Positions 21,467-29,699 of a stretch of 64,000 nucleotides of DNA are shown here, piece after piece. The stretch comes from an uncultured Acidimicrobiia bacterium (GTDB taxonomy: Bacteria; Actinomycetota; Acidimicrobiia; IMCC26256; JAENVU01). The DNA lies in NCBI GenBank assembly GCA_963796755.1, contig CAWCMX010000001.1, positions 1,491,995 to 1,555,994 on the forward strand, written 5' to 3'. Within the stretch, counting starts at the first letter, position 1; every line of letters begins with the position of its first letter. The translations under genes were made by a program, and so were the position numbers. The notes under the pieces were generated by a model. It was given only the letters and a program-made list of their open reading frames with translations. It ran no database searches and had not been told where the DNA came from.

Positions 21467-22832
21467 GTGGTCCAGTCGATCGATGATCAGCGGGCGAGCC
21501 GGCGCAGCGCCGCGCGCATCCCACCGCACAACCTCGAGGCCGAGGAGTCGCTGCTCGGCTCCATGCTGCTGTCGCGCGACGCCATCACGGCGGCGGTCGA
21601 GGCCCGGGTCGACGCGAGCGACTTCTACAAGCCGGCCTACGGCCACATCTTCGAGGCGGTCTGGTCCCTGTACGAGCAGGGCGAGCCGGTCGACCCGGTC
21701 ACGGTGGCCGAGGAGCTGCGGCGGGCCGGTCTGCTCGAGGCGCTCGGCGGCAAGGGCACGCTGACCCAGATCCAGGCGTCGACCCCCGCGTCGGCGAACG
21801 CCGGGCACTACGCCAAGATCGTCAGCGAGCTCGCGCTGCTCCGCCGGCTCATCACGGTGTCGGGCGAGATCGCCGAGTCCGCGTACAACCAGCCCGACGA
21901 CGTCACCGAGACCGTGGACCGGGCCGAGGCGATGGTCTTCGAGGTCGCCGAGAAGCGGATCTCCGAGTCACTGGTGCGGGTGTTCGAAGCCGTGACCGCG
22001 ACGGTCGACCAGCTCGAGGCGCTCTACGGCGAGAGCGACACCATGACCGGGGTGCCGACCGGCTACACCGAGCTCGACAACATCATGCTGGGGCTCCAGC
22101 CCTCCAACCTCATCGTCGCCGCAGCCCGTCCCGGCATGGGCAAGACCAGCTTCGCGCTCGGTGCCGCGGCGAACGTGGCGATGGTGAGCCGCCGACCGGT
22201 GGTGTTCTTCTCGATGGAGATGGGCGCGGTCGAGCTCACCAAGCGCATGCTCGCCGCGGAAGCGCGCGGTCGATGCGCGCAAGCTGCAGACCGGTGACCT
22301 GAAGGACGCGGACTGGAGCCGGCTGAACGCCGCGATCAGCCACCTCGGCGAAGCGCCGCTGTTCATCGACGACAACCCGCACTGCACCGTGATGGAGATG
22401 CGCGCCAAGGCGCGGCGGATCAAGGCCCGCCACGGTGACCTCGCGCTCGTCGTCGTGGACTACCTGCAGCTGATGAGTTCCCCGCGGCGCTCGGAGAACC
22501 GTCAGGTCGAGGTGTCCGAGCTCTCGCGGGGCCTGAAGATCCTCGCCCGGGAGCTCGACTGCCCGGTGATGGCGCTCTCGCAGCTCAACCGCCAGCTCGA
22601 GTACCGCCAGGACAAGCGTCCGATGCTCGCCGACCTCCGCGAGTCGGGCTCGATCGAGCAGGACGCTGACGTCGTGCTGTTCATCTACCGCGACGAGGCG
22701 TACAACCCGGACTCCGACCAGCGCGGCGTAGTCGAGCTGATCGTCGCCAAGCACCGCAACGGCCCCACCGGCATGGCGCGACTCGCCTTCCTCGACCACT
22801 TCGTCAAGTTCGCCAACATGGCCCGTGAATAG
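21467..22832 (+). CDS. dnaB: Replicative DNA helicase DnaB; one apparent +1 insertion at about 22268; no intein
   Basis: Motifs seen: PPHNLEAEESLLGSMLL, Walker A AARPGMGKTSFAL, ..VVDYLQLM.., SQLNR..E.R.DKRP.LSDLRESGSIEQDAD. Dropping one G at 22268/22269 restores ..EARVDARKLQTGDL... Confidence 0.9.
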
Positions 22833-22912
22833 GGCGTTGCGGGCGGGCGAAGCCCGTCGCCCGGGCTCCGGCGCCGGGGCCGCAGGAGCCGTCGAGCCGG
22901 TAGGGTTCGCCC

Positions 22913-23293
22913 ATGCGGATGGTCCGGCGTGAGCACCGACCGTTGCTCGTCGTGCTCGCCGTCCTGGTGCTGGCCGCCGGCTGGTCGTCGTTCGGGCATA
23001 CCGCCGGGGCTTCGCACCCGAACGTCGCGCACGCCAACGACTCGTCGTCGGGGGACCGAGGGACGGTCGCACCGGCGGACCTGAGCGATTCGGTCGCCGT
23101 CCCCGTGCTGGGCGCGCTCCGCACCGTCGAACCGCGGCTGGCGCCGCTCTGGGTGCTCCCGGGCCTCGCGGCCGGGTTGGCCGCGTTGTGCCTCCTGCGC
23201 CGGCTCCGTCGGAGCCCGGCACTTCCGGCCCGGCGCGCGCTGCTGCGCGGCAGCCTGGCCAACCGCGCACCACCGCTCGTCTCGTTCGCGTGA
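22913..23293 (+). CDS. Hypothetical membrane protein
   Basis: 126-aa ORF with high third-position GC and two hydrophobic segments (LLVVLAVLVLAAGW; LWVLPGLAAGLAALCLL). I do not recognise a family. Confidence 0.4.
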   Translation: MRMVRREHRPLLVVLAVLVLAAGWSSFGHTAGASHPNVAHANDSSSGDRGTVAPADLSDSVAVPVLGALRTVEPRLAPLWVLPGLAAGLAALCLLRRLRRSPALPARRALLRGSLANRAPPLVSFA

Positions 23294-23413
23294 TCGACGC
23301 CGCAGCTGCGGCGAACCATCTCCGCGAGTCGCGGCGCACCAACGCCGCGACCTGAAACGAGCAACGCCGGACCGGCCCGCAGGGGTCGGGTCCGCGGCGT
23401 GGAAAGGCATCTC

Positions 23414-23569
23414 GTGAGCAATCACGATGAGGCGTTGTCGCTGGGCATCAGCGCGGCGGACATCGCCTGGCCGATCGTCCTGGCGATGTGCCTCGCCCTG
23501 ATGATCGTGCCGTTCGTCTTCGTGCTCCTGGCCAAGGGTGGGGCCGATCCCGATGACCCCACCGCCTGA
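23414..23569 (+). CDS. Small single-TM membrane protein (51 aa)
   Basis: GTG start preceded by GGAAAGG. Reads VSNHDEALSLGISAADIAWPIVLAMCLALMIVPFVFVLLAKGG.. with high third-position GC. It lies directly upstream of the antiporter gene. Confidence 0.4.
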   Translation: MSNHDEALSLGISAADIAWPIVLAMCLALMIVPFVFVLLAKGGADPDDPTA

Positions 23570-23596
23570 TCCCGCGACCACGAAGGTGGTCGCCTG

Positions 23597-24788
23597 ATGG
23601 AAGCGTCGCTCGTCGCGCTCGGTGGGGCCCTGCTCGTCGCGGGGCTCCTCGCGCGCCTCGGGCGACGCATCCTGTTGCCGACGATCCCGCTGTTCGTCCT
23701 GGCGGGCATCGCGCTCGGCCCGCACACGCCCGGAGTCGCGCTGGTCGACTCACCGCGCCGCGCTCAGCCTCCTCGCCACGTTCGGGCTGGTGATGCTGCT
23801 GTTCCACCTCGGCCTCGAGTTCTCGGTCCGGGACCTGCTGGCGGGTGGCCGGCGGTTGGCCACGGCCGGCGCGGTGTTCCTCGGCGGCAACGTCGCCGCG
23901 GGACTGGTCTTCGGGTTCGCACTGCGGTGGGGCGATCGCGAAGCGCTCGTCATCGCGGGTGCGGTCGCGATCTCCAGCTCGGCGATCGTGACCAAGCTGC
24001 TCACGGAGCTCGGGCGGCTCAGCAACGCGGAGACGCCACTGATCCTCGGGATCGTCGTGGTCGAAGACGTGTTCCTGGCGATGTACCTCGCGGTGATCCA
24101 GCCGGTCCTGAGGGACGCCGACGGCATGGAGATCCTCGTGTCGATCGCGATGGCGGTCGGGTTCCTCGTCGCGTTCGGCCTGGTCGCGCGCTACGGGTCG
24201 GGCCTCGTGCGCCGGCTGCTCGATGCCGAGAGCGACGAGCTCCTGATCGTGTGCGTGGTCGGCCTGGTCGTCCTCGCCGCCGGCGTCGCGGAGGAGGTCG
24301 GCGTCTCCGAAGCCATCGCCGCGCTCCTGGTCGGGCTGCTCGTGGCAGAGACCGGTCTCGGGCCGCGCGTCGAGCGGCTCGTGCTGCCGCTCCGGGACGT
24401 GTTCGGCGCGATCTTCTTCTTCGTCTTCGGCGTGAGCATCCGGCCCGACCTGGTGGTCGACGTCTGGGCCGCGATCCTCGTCGGCGTCGTCGTGAGCCTC
24501 GTCGTGAACGTCGCGGCCGGGCTCGTCGCGGCCCGCCGGTCCGAGATGTCTCGGTCCGCCGGGCTCCGGGTAGGGCTCACCCTGCTGGCTCGCGGCGAGT
24601 TCTCCCTGATCCTCGCCGCCCTCGCGACGGCCGCCGGCCTCGACGCACGCGTGACCGCGTTCATCGCGGGGTACGTCCTGGTCCTCTCCCTGCTCGCTCC
24701 TGTCCTCTCCACCCATGCCGACCGCATCAACCGTCGGGTCGGGCGTGCACCCGCACCCGACGTGATCCGAACCGGAGGAATCGCATGA
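23597..24788 (+). CDS. Cation:proton antiporter (CPA2/Kef-like membrane domain); one apparent frameshift near 23750
   Basis: Polytopic sequence LPTIPLFVLAGIALGP.. ..LLFHLGLEFS..AISSSAIVTKLL..ETPLILGIVVVEDV..GEFSLILA. Confidence 0.8.
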
Positions 24789-25201
24789 CTACGACAACCA
24801 CCGAGCTCCGCCCGGGGCGATCGCGCCGGGTCTCCCTCTCGTGGATCGCCCCGGCGGTCCTGGCCGTCGCCGCCCTGGTGCTGGTGGTGAACCTCTCACG
24901 GTCGATGCCGACCCGCGAGGACATCACCGTCGTGAATCGCACCGGCGCGCCGGTGACGCTGAACGTCACCGGCAAGACCGGCGGCGGGCTGACGGGCATC
25001 GGCACGATCGACCCGAGGTCCAGCGAGACGGCCCAGTCGGTGATCGATCAGGGCGACGAGTGGGTGTTCGAGCTCACGGTCGGCCCGGACCGGCTCGACC
25101 CGATCCGCCGCACCGCCGACCAGCTGCGCGCGAGTCACTGGAAGGTCACGATCCCGGCGGATGCCGCGGATCGGCTCGACGTCCTGCAGCGCTCCGGCTG
25201 A
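24785..25201 (+). CDS. Hypothetical membrane-anchored protein
   Basis: The ATG overlaps the antiporter stop (ATGA). It has an N-terminal TM (LSWIAPAVLAVAALVLVVNL) followed by a soluble domain. No family recognised. Confidence 0.5.
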   Translation: MTTTTTELRPGRSRRVSLSWIAPAVLAVAALVLVVNLSRSMPTREDITVVNRTGAPVTLNVTGKTGGGLTGIGTIDPRSSETAQSVIDQGDEWVFELTVGPDRLDPIRRTADQLRASHWKVTIPADAADRLDVLQRSG

Positions 25202-25702
25202 GGCCGGGCGTGACTCAGCTCGGGCCGGGAGAAGTCCCGGTTCGGCTCGGCCGGCGGGCTCGCGAACCCGGGGCCGGGTCGCCAGCCGCTCGCCTTGAGG
25301 TCGTCGAGGACGTGGACCATGTTCAGCAGGTCCTCCTGGTACCGGAACTTGCCGTCGCCCGCGTAGACCATCGTCGACGAGCCCGACTGCTGGTAACGCG
25401 AGCCGTCGGCGCGCTGGCCGGGCAGCTGCTGCAGCCACTTCACGACCACGTTGTCACCGTCGATCGCCGCGAACTCGATCGGGAAGTCCCAGTCCTCGAG
25501 GCCGCGCATGCTCTCGATCGAAGAACTCCGAGACCGGACCGATGCCCTCGACGCGACCCCAGGCCGGGTCGATGTAGACGCAGTCGTCGGTGAAGAACTG
25601 CGCGAGCGCATCCCACGGCAGCTCACCGGCGTCGATGCGGCGGCGCACGTCGCAGTAGCGCTCGACGACCGCTTCGACCTCATCGCGTGAGTGTGCAGTC
25701 AC
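25135..25702 (-). CDS. SnoaL/NTF2-like fold protein; one apparent frameshift and an uncertain 3' end
   Basis: GTG at 25702 follows GGGAGGGG. Reads EVEAVVERYCDVRRRIDAGELPWDALAQFFTDDCVYIDPAWGRVEG.., then ..WDFPIEFAAIDGDNVVVKWLQ... Confidence 0.55.
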
Positions 25703-25719
25703 GTGGATCCCCTCCCGGT

Positions 25720-26379
25720 TCAGAACAGCTTCAGATGTGGTGTGTCGTGCTCGCGCAGGTCGTCGAGGGCGACCTCGACGCAGTCGATGCCGCGACTCGC
25801 CGCGTAGACGTGCGCCTGGGGCTTGATGCGGGTGGCGACGAACATCCCGCGCGTCGGAGCGAGCCGTGCGTCGAGGTCCAGGCGCTCCTGGTACCGGATC
25901 AGCTGGTCGACGCCGGCGATCTCGCCGACCCGCTTGATCTCGACGACCACCGCGCGACCGTCGCCGTCGCGACAGAGCAGGTCGACGGGACCGATGTCGG
26001 TCGGGTACTCCCGGCGGATCAGGGTGAAGTCCTCGCGCAGCGCCTGCACCCGCGCCGCGATGAGGAGCTGCAGCTCGGCCTCGACGCCGTCCTTCTCGAG
26101 CCCCGGGTCCTCGCCCAGGTCGTAGGAGTGGTCGTCGAACACCTCGAGGAGCTCGACCCGCAGGGTCTCGCCTTTGGGGTTCTCGGCGATGAGGACGCCA
26201 TCGCGCTCGGTGACCACGCACGGGGGGCTCATCCAGTTCAGCGGCTTGTAGGCCCTGGCGTCCGAGTGGATGGCGATCGAACCGTCGGCCTTGAGCACGA
26301 GCAGCCGGGTCGCCTCGGGGAGCCGAGCTCCGAGACGCCCCTCGTAGGTGACCGAGCAGCGAGCGACGATCACGCGCAC
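25720..26379 (-). CDS. nucS: Endonuclease NucS (EndoMS)
   Basis: Intact ORF reading VRVIVARCSVTYEGRL..LVLKADGSIAIHSD..YKPLNWM.. ..REYPTDIGPVDLLCRD..VVVEIKR. Confidence 0.9.
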   Translation of the reverse strand: MRVIVARCSVTYEGRLGARLPEATRLLVLKADGSIAIHSDARAYKPLNWMSPPCVVTERDGVLIAENPKGETLRVELLEVFDDHSYDLGEDPGLEKDGVEAELQLLIAARVQALREDFTLIRREYPTDIGPVDLLCRDGDGRAVVVEIKRVGEIAGVDQLIRYQERLDLDARLAPTRGMFVATRIKPQAHVYAASRGIDCVEVALDDLREHDTPHLKLF

Positions 26380-26482
26380 CGACGCGTTGTAGCACGGGTG
26401 GGGATCGCACGGGCACGCCCGTGGCGTACCGCGCAAGGGACCCGCTGGGAATTCAGGGGTCGCGGTCGGTACGCTCGCGGCC

Positions 26483-26800
26483 GTGAGCTTCTACGACGAG
26501 GTGATGCGGGAGCTGGTCGCCGCGATCGGCGCCGCGCTGCTGATCGCGAACGTGATCGCGCTCGCCCGGCGGCCGAAGGACGCCGGCGCTCGTGGCGGCC
26601 GTTCGGGGCGCGCAGCGTCAAGGTGAAGGGCAGCTCGCGGGTGGCATCGACCGGCCGGACCCGCGACGGCGAGCTGGTGCAGGCGCCGGTGGGCCGATCG
26701 TCGCCTTCGCGATCCTCGGCTTCGTCATGCTCGTCGCCGGGATCGCCGCGCTCGCAGTCCTGAGCGACGCCACGACGGGGAAGGGTCGAGGACCCTCCCC
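26483..26800 (+). CDS. Possible small two-TM membrane protein; frameshifted, ends uncertain
   Basis: GTG at 26483 gives VSFYDEVMRELVAAIGAALLIANVIALA... A second hydrophobic segment (IVAFAILGFVMLVAGIAALAVL) sits in another frame. Confidence 0.3.
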
Positions 26801-26838
26801 CGTCATGAACGTCAAGACCGCTCGGAGGGCGCTCGGCG

Positions 26839-27899
26839 CTAGCTGCACGTCTGCGCGGCGAGCCGGTCGACGGGGAGCCACTCCGTCGGAGCGCCTGGAT
26901 CGATCTGCGAGGTCGCGAAGGTGTTGACGCCGAACGAGTCGTTCGGGCTCTTGAACCGACCGTTCGTTCGCCTGCGTCGGCCTTCAGCCACTTCACCGGT
27001 GAGGTGTACGGGGGGATCTTCGATGCCGGGACGGTGGAGTCTCGCCAGCACGACGTGACTCGGGTCGTAGCCCGCAGCGGTGATCGCGATGACGGCGAGC
27101 GACGGTCGAGTTCGGGTCGGGCGGAGCCGAACGACTGCCACGATCCGTCCGCCTGATGGTTGTGCGCGAGGAACGTGAGGCCCTGGCGGAGATCGGGATC
27201 CGTGCGCTTGGCGCCGCGGCCGGCGACGAGCGCCTGGATGGCGAGCGCGGTCGTGTCGGTGTCTGCGGGGGCGGCGACACCGGTCGGGTCGCCGGCGAAG
27301 TTCCAGCCGCCGTCGGACTCCTGGGCGGCGCGGATGAACGCCAGCGTGTTCGGCCGGCACGCCACCGAGCTTGCGCTTGGCCATCGCCGCGATACAGCGT
27401 GGCATTGAACGCTGCCGTACGAGCCGTCGGACCTGTGTCGCGGCATCGATGATCGCCCGCAGGTTCACCGAGTGGTCCTTGTCCGGGTTGAACTTGGTGA
27501 CCGAGAGGCCGAGCGGCCGCGCGACGAGCTGGACGATCTTCGCGGCCTGCCCGGCGTCGATACTCGGAGTCCGCGTAGTCGTCGATCGCGTGGAGTGCGG
27601 AGTTCGAGCCCTGCTTCGTCGCCAGGACGGCGGCAGCGCCTCGCTCCGGCTCCAGGTTGGCCGACGTCTGCGCGTTCTCGGCGATCGCGAGCACAGCGTC
27701 CGGAGTCTCGAAGCCGGGGAAGCCGGCGACCTCGAAGCTGCCGTCGGCGAGCTGCTGGGACTTGAGCCACGCTCGTGGCGGTCTGTGACTTCGCCTTGGC
27801 CCCGTTGTCGCCGAAGCCCGTGGAGCGGAACCCGCTGAGCGCGAGCACGAGGACCACGGTCCCGGCCGCGACGGCGAGCCGTCTGATGTTCGTCTGCAC
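26839..27899 (-). CDS. Secreted prenyltransferase/terpene-cyclase-like (alpha/alpha-toroid repeat) protein; four or more apparent frameshifts
   Basis: GTG at 27899 follows GGAGGA with 6 nt spacing. Signal/TM is RRLAVAAGTVVLVLALSG. Repeats of the type QQLADGSFEV.., ESDGGWNFAGDP..DTDTTALAIQAL, and HQADGSWQSFG..NSTALAVIAI occur. It lies directly downstream of a cobalamin riboswitch. Confidence 0.7.
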
Positions 27900-27904
27900 G
27901 TTGG

Positions 27905-28135
27905 TTCCTCCGTTGGCCCCTGTCCTCGAGGGCCGGTCAGCCGCGGTGTGCGGCGTGGGTACGACGCCAGCCACAGGTGTGGGTGGCGGTCCGCGGCCGG
28001 TACTCGGGCTTCCCTCGTCGAGGGACACCGTTGCGGGTCAGCGCCGGACTCTCACCGGACTTCCCCGACCGCGAACATCGGCTGGGCGCTACCGAAAGCG
28101 GCGCGCCCTTCGCTTCCAAAGATCCCGGAGGGCGA
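27905..28135 (-). promoter_or_regulatory. Cobalamin riboswitch, proximal copy B; approximate bounds
   Basis: Minus-strand RNA reads ..GGUCGGGGAAGUCCGGUGAGAGUCCGGCGCUGACCCGCAACGGUGUCCCUCGACGAGGGAAGCCCGAGUACCGGCC... This shows the conserved cobalamin-riboswitch core and a B12-box-like segment. It ends at the SD and GTG of the downstream CDS. Confidence 0.75.
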
Positions 28136-28254
28136 CGGCCGGACGTTCACTGCCGGGCGCCCTCCGGCGGCCTTCCAAAGATCTCAGGTGGCGCGACGAG
28201 GCGCGTGATCGATGACCGGGGCTCAGACGCAAGGTGCTCACCTCCGCGGGCCCT

Positions 28255-28475
28255 GGTTCCTCGAGGGCCTCGCCCCCGCCCGGAGGCGGATCGGCTCGGA
28301 CCCACCGGCGATGCCGGCAGGTGGGCGGTGGGCATCCTGGCTTGCAGCCGGGGTGCGGCTGCTTACAGTTGCGGGTCAGCGCCGGACTTGCACCGGCTTC
28401 CCCTGCTCGCAGCTCCCTGCGAACCACACCGGACATCCGGGCCCGGCGTCACCACTCCGCCGGTGATCATACGCA
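28255..28475 (-). promoter_or_regulatory. Cobalamin riboswitch, distal copy A; approximate bounds
   Basis: Minus-strand RNA reads ..GAGCAGGGGAAGCCGGUGCAAGUCCGGCGCUGACCCGCAACUGUAAGCAGCCGCACCCCGGCUGCAAGCCAGGAUGCCCACC... The 20-nt core GTTGCGGGTCAGCGCCGGAC is shared with copy B, 339 bp away. Confidence 0.75.
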
Positions 28476-28502
28476 CGGGTCCTGCGCGGGCGCACAGGCC
28501 GG

Positions 28503-29608
28503 TCAGGCGAGCAGCTTCCGGACCGACGCGACGATCCGGTCGAGGTCGGTGTCCGCGAGCGTGGGGTGCACGGGAAGCGAGAGCACCTCGCGTCCGGCCC
28601 GGTCGGCGTTCGGGGTGTCGATCAGGTCGAGTGCCGGGTGGTCGCGGTAGCAGTCGTAGTCGTAGACGGGCCGGGGGTAGTAGATCCCGGTGCCGATCCC
28701 GGCTTCGGTCAGGCGTGACGCCAGCTCGTCGCGGCCGATCCGAGCTTCCTCGGTGACCCGCACCGTGTACTGGTGGAAGACGTGCGTCCGCCCGGGCATG
28801 ACCTCCGGTGTGATCAGGCCCGGGATGTCCGCGAGGCCTTCCGACAGCCGGGCCGCGTTCTGTTGACGCGCGCGCTGGTCGTCGTCGCGAGTCTCTCGAG
28901 CTGCGGGATCCCGACCGCAGCCTGCAGATCCGTCAGGCGGTAGTTGTGCCCCGGGACCTCGTACTCGTAGCGGTTCCGCATCCCTTGGTTGCGGAGGAGA
29001 CGGAGACGGTCGGCGAGTGCTTCGTCGTCGGTCGTCACGAGCCCACCTTCGCCCGTCGTGACGTTCTTGGTGGCGTAGAGCGAGAAGCACCCGAGGCCGA
29101 AGCTCCCCACCGCGCGCCCGTCGAGCTCGGCTCCGTGGGCCTGCGCCGCGTCCTCGACGACCGCGATCGAGCGCTCCTGCGCGATCGGCACCAGCCGACC
29201 CATGTCGGCCGGCTGCCCGTAGAGGTGCACGGGCATCAGCACCCGAGTGCGGCTGGTGCACGCGTCGGCCACCCGCTCGGGATCCATGCAGAAGTCCCGG
29301 AGGGAGATGTCCGCGAACCGCGGCGCCGCGCCGACCTCCAGGATCGCGTTGAGCGTCGCGACGAAGGTGAACGGACTGGTCACGACCTCTTGGCCCGGTC
29401 CGACCTCGAGCGCCTGCAGCGCCGCGACCAGCGCCGTGGTCCCGGAGCTGACGGCGACCACGTGCCGGACCCGAGCCACGTCGGCGAAGCCGGCTTCCAG
29501 CCGGGCCACCATCGGCCCTTGCGCCAGGTGTCCCGACCGGAGCACCTCCAGCACGAGCCGTTCCTCGTCGGCCCCGAGCCGGACTGTCGAAATGGGGATG
29601 TCGATCAA
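28503..29608 (-). CDS. DegT/DnrJ/EryC1/StrS family PLP-dependent sugar aminotransferase; one apparent frameshift near 28870
   Basis: Reads LRSGHLAQGPMV..VAVSSGTTALVAAL..VTSPFTFVAT..PVHLYGQPADM..EDAAQAHGA..FSLYATKNVTTGEGG.., then ..HVFHQYTVRV..GIGTGIYYP. Confidence 0.85.
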
Positions 29609-29699
29609 CGCTGCTTCTCCGTTCGTGGGCCCGGGGCCGTGCCGGCAGCGCTCGAGCGTCCGCCCAGGCGGACGACTGTACCGACCGGGAGCCGCTCGC

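Noticed and set aside
21467-22832. I checked dnaB for an intein, which is common in actinobacterial dnaB.
   Set aside because: The gene length (about 455 codons) and the uninterrupted helicase motifs leave no room for an intein. The only anomaly is a 1-nt frame break.
27977-28756. Several overlapping ORFs of 60-260 aa on both strands cross the 27.9-28.5 kb region.
   Set aside because: The region is explained by two cobalamin riboswitch cores and their platforms. The ORF translations are Arg/Pro/Gly-rich noise without start signals, apart from the micro-ORF reported separately as speculative.
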